Positions 1 to 7,859 of a stretch of 64,000 nucleotides of DNA are shown piece by piece (position 1 is the stretch's first letter; every line of letters begins with the position of its first letter). Origin of the DNA: Candidatus Omnitrophota bacterium (lineage in GTDB: Bacteria; Omnitrophota; Omnitrophia; Omnitrophales; Aquincolibacteriaceae). The DNA lies in contig JBMONI010000024.1 in the NCBI GenBank assembly GCA_049324575.1, positions 53,144 to 117,143 on the forward strand, read 5' to 3'. Under the pieces are notes generated by a model. That model was not told the DNA's origin. It saw only the letters and a program-made list of their open reading frames with translations, and made no database searches. Made by a program: the position numbers and the translations under genes.

Positions 1-600
1 CGGGATCAGGGCCGGCTGGTCCGCTTTGGCATCGATGGTACCCACAAGTTTCCGGTCGCCTTCGACCTTGCCGTACAAAGCTTCGATCTGCAGCTCCGCC
101 CCGGACTCCTGAACAAGCTTATGAGATTCGTAGGCGTATTTGATCGCCGTCCACATGATCGAGACGGCAGGATGATCGACCTGGCCGACTGCAAAATCGA
201 TCGCAGTGACGAGCGCTTCATCATATTGGCCTGCTCCCAGTTTTTCTGCGCAGGTCTGGACTTTTTCGATCGTTTCTTGGATGAGGTCGAATTTATCCTT
301 GATCTGTTTGATGTAAGGATCGGTGATATCAAGCTGGCCAGTATAAAGTTTTTCGTACCCCCCGAGCGAATCCCACATCCAATCGTCCAGTTTGCTTTCC
401 CCCAACCCCTTGAGCCCTTCCACCGCTCCGTCCTCGGACATCATCGCCTCGGCCACTTCAAGCCCCAGCCCCAAAGCTCCGAGATCGTCCGAATCCGTCA
501 AAAGCCCTTTTTTGTCGTCGTCCTCCGCCCCAAGGACCGGGGAAAAGATCATCATGGCCATGAAGACGGATAGGATAAAAATAGATTTATTGTTTTTCAT
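1..600 (-). CDS. secreted hypothetical protein, partial: the N-terminal ~200 aa are visible and the gene continues past the left window edge
   Basis: Absent from the ORF track because there is no in-window stop. Hand translation of the minus strand from an ATG at ~598-600 gives MKNNKSIFILSVFMAMMIFSPVLGAEDDDKKGLLTDSDDLGALGLGLEVAEAMMSEDG...KADQPALIP. It stays open for 200 codons to position 1, has a classical cleavable signal peptide, and has an AAGGA RBS about 6 nt upstream. It lies 75 nt downstream of the giant gene stop on the same strand. Confidence 0.6.
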   Translation of the reverse strand, partial: MKNNKSIFILSVFMAMMIFSPVLGAEDDDKKGLLTDSDDLGALGLGLEVAEAMMSEDGAVEGLKGLGESKLDDWMWDSLGGYEKLYTGQLDITDPYIKQIKDKFDLIQETIEKVQTCAEKLGAGQYDEALVTAIDFAVGQVDHPAVSIMWTAIKYAYESHKLVQESGAELQIEALYGKVEGDRKLVGTIDAKADQPALIP

Positions 601-675
601 TTCATCCTTGCGTGGTTGTTATTCATTTAAAATTTTTTCGAGTTGCTCTCTGTTTTTCCTTCAATGCGTTCTCGA

Positions 676-3600
676 TCACGTTTGGAGGTTTCGAGATCCA
701 TCCGTTTGTACGGCATAACGGAAAGTCGTCGAGGTCGTCGCAAATCCGTCGTCCGTATGCCCGGTGATCTGCACTTTCCCGTAATACCCCTCCTGCGTGA
801 TAAAAACGTGAGTGGCTCCATTTGTCGAAGCGTCGACCGGACCGTTCCCGTATCCCCCCGAGGGCGCCTCCGTCAGCGCATCGTAGCTCTGAACGCTGGC
901 CTGGATCTGGGCACCTCCGTTGGTCCAGAATATATTCGTCTCGAGGTAGATATCCGCTGCCCCGCTACCGTCCATAACCGCACCCGTTGAAAAGTCGAAT
1001 CCGTCCTGGACCCCCGTATGCCCGGGGATATCATTCATCGTCGCAGTTCCCGTCCGGGGAGGCGTGGCCGGCCCCGTCGTCCCGACGCCCCCATCATCCA
1101 AAGTCTCTGAAGCTCCCGGCTGGACCGGATTTCTTTGATTCTTGGCTTCGCGGATATCGTCAATCACCGTCGAGCTTTGTCCGCTCGATTCCGCGATCTC
1201 TGGTGAAAGCGTCGCATAAAGGAGATTCCCCCGGAGATTCTTGATCCGCATCGCCCCGTCTTCCATCACGAACATCATGGTCGTGCGTCCGGTCGTTTTC
1301 TGCTCCTGTCCGGTCTTGCGCGGGACCTGGCTCTTGTCCCACTTGGTCTCGGCCACATACATATCACCCCGTTTTTCAACGCGGTCGATATAGATCTTCA
1401 AACGGATATCGGTAAAAAGCTCGAAATCAAAACGAACCCCTTCCTCGAGGAAAACCCGGTTCCCGATGAAATCCCGCGAGATAAAAGCCGCGAACCCCGT
1501 GGCATCCTGGCGCTCATAGGCGCCGGCCATATCAATAACTGTTTTCTTGAGCATGTCCGAATAGTTGAGGTCCCGGTAAATAATGCTCGTGATATTCGGG
1601 AAGAAAACAAGCTCGAATTCTTTCATCAGTTTAGTCTTGATGCGAAGCTTCGGCTCGATCTTCGAGCCCGGCATCGGAGCGATCTCGATCTGGACCGCTT
1701 GCTGAACAGGAACTTCTCTCCAAGTGCGCCCGTTATCCGAGGAGAAGAGCATTTTCTCGATCCCGTCGATATGCGAAAGCCACCCCGTCAGAAGGATCTT
1801 CCCCTCCCGTAATTGCTCCGGCAAAAGCACCACTTCGCCGTAGGCGCTCCGAAGATCATACGAATTGACCCGGGGATCGGTGAGACGGTAATCCGAAAAA
1901 AGTTTCTCTTGGCTTCTCTTTTCCATTTCAGCGTTCACTTCGTCTTCCACCTGTTGAATGACCTTGTAGGAATCGTCCCCGCCGAGCCCCGCCATGGCTT
2001 TTTTGACTTTTTCCGGGAGCGGATGATCGGGGATCCCGTACCCCGTCCCCCCTGCTCCATAATAGTCCTTCTTCGCCTTCTCAAGGGCAGCCAGGACCGG
2101 CCCCAAATCCGCGTCTTTTTTATGGTCGGTCCAAAACTGACGAAGCGCGTTTACAACGGCGCCTCGCCCGCCATCCCGATTATTCGCCGCGTTGAGGATC
2201 TCCTGATCCGCCTGCTCCATCTCCTGCAAAGCCTTTTTCATCTCTTCAAGGGCTTTGGCCGCTTTCTTGAATTTGATGGCCGTCTCCTCCTGGTTCGCGC
2301 GGGCGGAATAAACCTGCATCTCAAAACCGCTCAGATCCGGCATGGTGAATTCCGGAATCTTCCGGTCCGTGAAATACTCCGCTAAATAATCATAGTAATC
2401 GTCGAAAGCCTGCCCGTAACTTTTGTAAGCCGCTTTGAGAGCCGCAATCGCCTGCTCAAGCGCGGCGGGATCGATCTGGACCGCGGCCTGTTTCTGTCCC
2501 TGGTACTTCCCCTCTAATTCTTTCAATTCCTTTCCGAAAGCTTCGGTGTCGCGCATTAACCGCTGGGCGGCAAGGCCCGGATTCGCACCCCGGAGAAATT
2601 GCCAGGGCTGAAAGAAGACATCGTACAAGTACAGAATATCGTAAACGCTTTTCGGTACTTCAGCGCTTTGGCTCAGTTCCGTTAAAAGTTTATTGACTTC
2701 CGTTTGCCTGGAAACCACGGCTGCTTTTTTCCCCAAAGCGGCTTCATAAAGAGACAGGGCCTTGTCGATCGAGAAATCCGTCGCCTTGGGATATTTTCTG
2801 AGAAACGCCACGGCAGGATTCTGGTCAAGGCTGTTCAAGTTACTCCGCACACCTTCGGGATTCGCTTCGTAGATGCTCTTGATCATACGGTCCAGATCAG
2901 GGTCCTCGACCAAACGTTCTTTTCCGCACTGAACGGTCGAGTAGTAACCGCAGATATCCTTCCAGCCCAAACGGAGATCCCCGCCCGTTTTGATCTCATC
3001 ATAGACCCTGACCCGCTCCTCCCACACAAATTGAGGGAATTCCCAAGTAAAATCAGCCTCCCCCAAGGCTTCTTCGATTTTCTCCCGGTTGACCCCCTTT
3101 AAAAGGGACTGATATTGAACAAGCGCCGACGCAGCCTCCTTGTTTTTAGCGTCGTCATAAGCAGGTTCCTCATTCCCGGCCGGAATCTTTTCAGGAATAT
3201 CGGGCAAAGGAGCGATCCCTTGGAAATAAGGAAGTGAAGCCACTTTTTCCAAAACCCCGGAAAGCTCTTTCGCCTGGGTCTCCCACCGAAGAGCCCAGCT
3301 CAAGGCCGGCCCGAGGTCATCTTTCACTATCTGAAGCCGGTCAAGATGATCCTGTTCGATCTTTTTATAAAGCTGTTTGACCAGCCCCGCCCGGAATTCA
3401 GCATAACTCCGGTAAGCGGCATTGACCGTGTTCTCGAAACAAGCCTGCAAAGCCTCAGTGTTCGCTTTGGAGATCGCAGCAACCCGGGCCTGACAAGCGC
3501 TGTATGCGGCGCTATTGAAAGGTTTGGCGTGCCAGATCCTTTGGCATTCGTCACTTGCCGCCATATACACCTTGCTTTGCTCCTTGCTAAGATTGGTGCA

Positions 3601-5304
3601 AGGCTCCGAGGTTTTGGCATTGCTTAACGCCCAGGCATCGGGCAATATCAGACCGGACACGGGCATTTTGCCCGAAAGGACCATGTCGAATATCTTCTGT
3701 TCCATACCCTGGACTTCACTGATACTCATTCCAGCTTTCTGGGCTTCTTCGCTTTTCAGATCCTCCTTATAGTCCTCGACAAAAGTGATGACTTCATCGG
3801 GCCTCCTGTCTTCATAAACCTCCCGCGTCGCCTGGACCACGGAGTCAGCCGCTTTAGGCGGCGGAGTCCCGGCCGCCATCGTCCGGCCGCCCGAGAACCA
3901 TTTGGCATTCACATATTCGTCCTCAGTATCGATCATATCATCCTGATTTTCTTTGTAGTATTTCCGCCATCCCTGGCAGGCCTCGTTAGCGCTTTTTACG
4001 GCATTTTTGAAGGTGTCCGCATTCATCCATGCCTGCACCACATCCTTCAGCACGAGATCCCAGACTTTCTTGACAATGTCCCCGGTTTTTTTCATCTTGT
4101 CGAGCTTTTGCTGGGCCGAGGCTCGGATCGCACCGGAATCCGCCTGCGCCCGTTTTTCCCAGAAGTTCTGGATAACCTCCCGTTCATTGACGGGGGCGTT
4201 GGCGGGCAGGCTCGCAAGTTCGGTTTTCATATAACCGTACATCAATTTGTCAGACTTCCCGATCAAGACCTGGGCCTCCCCCTGAACCACTCCCTGGATC
4301 GTTCCCTCGATCGCCTTCTGGGCTGCGGCATCCTTGGTTTTATTGATCACAAGCGCCTGAAAGCCCGACTCGCTCCCGAAAAGAATGGAAAAAACGAGAT
4401 CGTCGGTGATCTTGGGAGTCAGGGCGCTGCCGCCAGCCATTTTCGCGAGATGATCCGCCATAGCCGTTTTAATCATGGGCTTGACCAGGTCCACAAGCGG
4501 GCTGATGATGTCGCCGTCAGCCAGACTCATAGCGTAGTCGACCAGTTTCGCGAGGTCCACATTCGCGATCACCTGCTCGATATAGCGGCCCATGTATTCA
4601 CCCCAGAACATGGTCGAAGCGGGCAAGTTCTGTTTTTCAGCCTTATAGACACGGACCATAAAGCGCATGTTCTTTTTGACGAGCTCCGCCCGCGCGTTTA
4701 ATTTCGAAAGCCGCTCCGTCAGCTCCTGCTGGAACGCCTGGATCTCGGGAGCGGCGTCTCCGCTATCGAGCTTATGCTGGATCTCAGTCAAGGCTTTGCG
4801 GATGGCTTCCGATTCTTCGATGATCTTTCGCGCCTCCGCGCTCAGATTCGAGTTGAGGTTCTCAACGTTCTGCCAGCTATCGCCAAAAATATCTTCGTGG
4901 CTCGCTCCGAAGATCCATTGACCGGCGTTCGCGACACTGGACAAAGCGACCGCTGCCGCCGAAAGCACGGTGGATTCTTTTGCGGCATCATCCAGCATGG
5001 CCTTCCAGCTCGAAGAGGCACGCGCATCCCGAAGCGCGAGGTCGAGGTTGCTGAGGATGCCACGCTCTTTTTGGATATTTGCGCTCAAAACCTGGGTCTT
5101 TGCATAGACATCCGGAGAAGGATTGGCTGCGAATTGCGTGTAGAGAGCTTTGAGTTCGGCCTTATGTTGGGCGATCCTGTCTTTGGTGAACTGGATCTGC
5201 TGAAGCACGAGGTCTTCCTGAGGAGAAGCCGCAAGACCCTGACCCGTGATCCCTGCGGTCATGAGAAAGCTGATGCAGAACCCTACGAACGTTTTTTTTA
5301 ACAT
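676..5304 (-). CDS. giant secreted alpha-helical/coiled-coil protein (~1542 aa) of unknown function
   Basis: ORF track 676..5469. The start was moved to the internal ATG giving MLKKTFVGFCISFLMTAGITGQGLAASP (signal peptide). Most of the protein is Lys/Glu/Ala/Gln-rich helical sequence. The C-terminal ~130 aa are Gly/Thr-rich and beta-like (…GATHVFITQEGYYGKVQITGHTDDGFATTSTTFRYAVQTDGSRNLQT). No recognisable catalytic motif. Confidence 0.8.
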   Translation of the reverse strand: MLKKTFVGFCISFLMTAGITGQGLAASPQEDLVLQQIQFTKDRIAQHKAELKALYTQFAANPSPDVYAKTQVLSANIQKERGILSNLDLALRDARASSSWKAMLDDAAKESTVLSAAAVALSSVANAGQWIFGASHEDIFGDSWQNVENLNSNLSAEARKIIEESEAIRKALTEIQHKLDSGDAAPEIQAFQQELTERLSKLNARAELVKKNMRFMVRVYKAEKQNLPASTMFWGEYMGRYIEQVIANVDLAKLVDYAMSLADGDIISPLVDLVKPMIKTAMADHLAKMAGGSALTPKITDDLVFSILFGSESGFQALVINKTKDAAAQKAIEGTIQGVVQGEAQVLIGKSDKLMYGYMKTELASLPANAPVNEREVIQNFWEKRAQADSGAIRASAQQKLDKMKKTGDIVKKVWDLVLKDVVQAWMNADTFKNAVKSANEACQGWRKYYKENQDDMIDTEDEYVNAKWFSGGRTMAAGTPPPKAADSVVQATREVYEDRRPDEVITFVEDYKEDLKSEEAQKAGMSISEVQGMEQKIFDMVLSGKMPVSGLILPDAWALSNAKTSEPCTNLSKEQSKVYMAASDECQRIWHAKPFNSAAYSACQARVAAISKANTEALQACFENTVNAAYRSYAEFRAGLVKQLYKKIEQDHLDRLQIVKDDLGPALSWALRWETQAKELSGVLEKVASLPYFQGIAPLPDIPEKIPAGNEEPAYDDAKNKEAASALVQYQSLLKGVNREKIEEALGEADFTWEFPQFVWEERVRVYDEIKTGGDLRLGWKDICGYYSTVQCGKERLVEDPDLDRMIKSIYEANPEGVRSNLNSLDQNPAVAFLRKYPKATDFSIDKALSLYEAALGKKAAVVSRQTEVNKLLTELSQSAEVPKSVYDILYLYDVFFQPWQFLRGANPGLAAQRLMRDTEAFGKELKELEGKYQGQKQAAVQIDPAALEQAIAALKAAYKSYGQAFDDYYDYLAEYFTDRKIPEFTMPDLSGFEMQVYSARANQEETAIKFKKAAKALEEMKKALQEMEQADQEILNAANNRDGGRGAVVNALRQFWTDHKKDADLGPVLAALEKAKKDYYGAGGTGYGIPDHPLPEKVKKAMAGLGGDDSYKVIQQVEDEVNAEMEKRSQEKLFSDYRLTDPRVNSYDLRSAYGEVVLLPEQLREGKILLTGWLSHIDGIEKMLFSSDNGRTWREVPVQQAVQIEIAPMPGSKIEPKLRIKTKLMKEFELVFFPNITSIIYRDLNYSDMLKKTVIDMAGAYERQDATGFAAFISRDFIGNRVFLEEGVRFDFELFTDIRLKIYIDRVEKRGDMYVAETKWDKSQVPRKTGQEQKTTGRTTMMFVMEDGAMRIKNLRGNLLYATLSPEIAESSGQSSTVIDDIREAKNQRNPVQPGASETLDDGGVGTTGPATPPRTGTATMNDIPGHTGVQDGFDFSTGAVMDGSGAADIYLETNIFWTNGGAQIQASVQSYDALTEAPSGGYGNGPVDASTNGATHVFITQEGYYGKVQITGHTDDGFATTSTTFRYAVQTDGSRNLQT

Positions 5305-5426
5305 GGCATTCCGAGAAAGCCTCACGGATAAAATACCGGATCCTTCCTGCTTGCACCGCCAACACCGGGGATCCGGCTCAAGGGGATCGGCGCCGCGGAA
5401 GGCGGAGAAATCCACGGGTCCCGATC

Positions 5427-5882
5427 TTATGAAAAAGGACTTTCTCCGCGCACCTGATAGAGCCTCCAACGGTCCTGCTCACGCGCAAAAATAAGGTCGG
5501 CGTTTCCTTCCGTCAACTGCAATTGCCCGGTCGCCCGGATCGTGGATTTTTTCTTCCAATCAATGCTTGCGACCAGACGGTCTCCCTGGAAAAAAGCGCG
5601 GTCGATGAAAAATTTAAGCTCCGCAACCGAGCGGGCACGAAAATAACTGTCTTCCGCCTGCCGGACAAAAGCAAGCCGGTCCGGAATAAAGTTCGGCGAC
5701 ACCTGTTCGGTCAACTCCGCTCGGTCAAAAATGCGGTAATACCTGAAAAGCGATCCGACCGCAAGCTGAGCGGCCGCATGGGCGTTCGGATCGAAGGCCG
5801 GAGAGGCCCCCACATTGTCCATGGTCGATTTACATCCGCTGAACAAAAGGCAAAGGATCAGAATAGTGGATCTAAGGAGCAT
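5427..5882 (-). CDS. small lipoprotein (lipobox LFSGC), unknown function
   Basis: N-terminus MLLRSTILILCLLFSGCKST is a signal peptidase II-type lipobox. The stop/start junction overlaps the upstream OMP gene at 5882, which implies translational coupling. Confidence 0.7.
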   Translation of the reverse strand: MLLRSTILILCLLFSGCKSTMDNVGASPAFDPNAHAAAQLAVGSLFRYYRIFDRAELTEQVSPNFIPDRLAFVRQAEDSYFRARSVAELKFFIDRAFFQGDRLVASIDWKKKSTIRATGQLQLTEGNADLIFAREQDRWRLYQVRGESPFS

Positions 5883-7642
5883 CAGAATGGGCTGGCGAAT
5901 TTGGTGATGACACGCGATTCATTGTAATCTTGTGTGAAATCTTCATGGTTGTAGATATTCCGCTCGTACCGGACCGTAATGCGCGATCCCCGTTTTTTGT
6001 TCACGAGGAGATCCGTCTCAAAAAAATTGCGGGTATTCAGCGAATCGCCATTCGGGGCCACGCTGTTTTGGTTTACCAGGTTATAACCGGCCCGCAAAGT
6101 GAGTCGCGTATGGAGGTCGTATTGGGTATTGAGGGAAAGCGTTCCGCTCAGGTCATTGTCATCATCGGTCTTGGTATTACGGATGTCCACGGCATAATCA
6201 CCCGAAAAATACCAACGCCGGCCGAAGACTATCGTGTCCCGGGACCCGGAAAACCCGAACCGGTTGAAATAATCACTGCTCGCCTTGCTGTTGCCCTCAT
6301 CTTCATAGGCGCGGTATTCATATCGCCCTGACACCGTCGTATTCCAGATCCGGTCGTTCACCGAAGTCCCCAGGGTCGTGGTGTAGGCCTCCACACTGTT
6401 CTGGGGATTGTCCGAGCCTCTCTGAAAATAATTCCAGTAATTGCGCAGTGAAAAGTCCCGTCTTGAATCAAAAGGCCGCAGGGTCAAGGTAATGTATTTC
6501 TCGTCATTTTCGGTCTGATAAGCCCGCGCACTGTGCTCCAAATGATCGCGATACCAGTTCTCGACCAAAGAAAGCGTCAGTTTATCGAAAGGCGTAATAT
6601 CCACCGAGAATTGATGCTGAAGCTTGTCCGGGCTGGCGGAGCCGACATCGGTGTAAAAACCCGGCTGGACCCAATAATACAAATATTTGAAGGTCACCCA
6701 TTTCGTCGTGAATTGAGGCTGGAGGCGGAAGGCGGTCCCGTAAATACTCTGATGGTCGGAATAACGGGTCGAATCTTCGTCAGCCTGGTAACGGCTGCGC
6801 GCGACCTCATAGACCATCGTGAAATACTTTTTCATCACGACCTCGCCCAGAAGCCCAACAACCGTGTTCTCGAGATCCTGGGTCACCGTCCCGGAAGGCG
6901 CAAGACGCCATCCGTTGGAACTATCGTCCTGATTGGTCACCGCCTGAGCGGCCAAACGGACCAAAGAGAACCACCAGAAATCCCGGAGGAGCGAAAGATC
7001 GAGCTGTCCGCCGGCCACATGCCGTTCATACCGGGCCGTAGTGATATCTTCCTTTTGGCTTCGGGCTGCGACAGCTTTGATCTTCTGTCCTTTGAGCGGT
7101 TCGATCTGGGCCTGAAAGCCTTCCAGTGATGCCCCTAAGGTGAATTGGCTGAACTCCGAATAAAAGTCCCCGAACTCGACACGGTTCCTGTCGTTATAAA
7201 TAGCGATGTTCAGGTCTTTCAGGCGCACATCCCGTCTTTTTTCGATCTGACGGTCATCGGTTTTCCGCATGAAAGCGCGAGACTCGATCTTGTAACCCGC
7301 CCAAAGCCTCTCCCACGCCTGAAGATTGATCTCCTGGAGGTAATCCCATCCGCGCTCGAGGAAGGACTTCGAGATGTTCCCGCTGGTATCCTGCCAGGTC
7401 ATCTGGCTCAAAATCGTTCCGCTGAGCTGCCCCGAGCGATTGGGCTGGTAGCTGCCGTAATCCTTAAAATTCACAAAGTCTTTGAGTCTTTGTTGAAAAT
7501 TCGCGGGCGGGACTTCTTCTCCCCCCTGCGAACCGGAATCCGAGGAACCCAGATAATAGACTTCGGCCGCAAAAGCGGGAAAGAAAGAAAAAATGGAAAC
7601 TAAAACGAGGGAAGCGAAAAAAACAACGAAATATTTCTTCAT
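5882..7642 (-). CDS. outer-membrane beta-barrel protein, unknown family
   Basis: ORF track 5882..7945. The start was moved to the ATG giving MKKYFVVFFASLVLVSIFSFFPAFAAEVYY (signal peptide). The sequence is Tyr/Asn/Asp/Arg/Ser-rich with alternating hydrophobic beta-strand patterns. The C-terminus ...VITKFASPF ends in Phe, typical of BAM-targeted OMPs. Confidence 0.7.
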   Translation of the reverse strand: MKKYFVVFFASLVLVSIFSFFPAFAAEVYYLGSSDSGSQGGEEVPPANFQQRLKDFVNFKDYGSYQPNRSGQLSGTILSQMTWQDTSGNISKSFLERGWDYLQEINLQAWERLWAGYKIESRAFMRKTDDRQIEKRRDVRLKDLNIAIYNDRNRVEFGDFYSEFSQFTLGASLEGFQAQIEPLKGQKIKAVAARSQKEDITTARYERHVAGGQLDLSLLRDFWWFSLVRLAAQAVTNQDDSSNGWRLAPSGTVTQDLENTVVGLLGEVVMKKYFTMVYEVARSRYQADEDSTRYSDHQSIYGTAFRLQPQFTTKWVTFKYLYYWVQPGFYTDVGSASPDKLQHQFSVDITPFDKLTLSLVENWYRDHLEHSARAYQTENDEKYITLTLRPFDSRRDFSLRNYWNYFQRGSDNPQNSVEAYTTTLGTSVNDRIWNTTVSGRYEYRAYEDEGNSKASSDYFNRFGFSGSRDTIVFGRRWYFSGDYAVDIRNTKTDDDNDLSGTLSLNTQYDLHTRLTLRAGYNLVNQNSVAPNGDSLNTRNFFETDLLVNKKRGSRITVRYERNIYNHEDFTQDYNESRVITKFASPF

Positions 7643-7859
7643 TAAAAAATCGAACGCCTTTCCGATAATGAGGTGTCGATTCAAGTTAGGGTGAAAGAAA
7701 TATATCGTAGTGGGTCCTAAAAATCCACTTAAAAATAAATTGAGGCTATTTGGGAAAAAGGATTTTTTAACTCCCGGAGACGGTACATGAACCAGCCCTT
7801 CGGGGATAGCCCGGTGTTTCCCAAAGATTTCCCGGATCGCCTTTGCCGGGGCAAGCAGG

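Noticed and set aside
121-573. Plus-strand ORF 121..573 (150 aa) and minus-strand ORF 6..332 at the left edge
   Set aside because: A longer minus-strand reading frame occupies 1..600, with signal peptide and RBS, open for 200 codons. The track ORFs are out-of-frame or antisense to it, and Arg/His-rich.
5304-5469. N-terminal extensions implied by track ORF starts: 5469 for the giant, 7945 for the OMP, 17161 pstS, 18599 porin, 22153 PPIase, 24059 ABC-F, 31535 cstA, 44240 giant, 48095 RR, 52421 AraC-RR, 59990 surface protein
   Set aside because: Internal ATG codons give canonical signal peptides or conserved N-termini, with a GGAGG-like RBS and sensible spacing to upstream genes. The extended versions overlap upstream genes or add non-conserved Arg-rich leaders.
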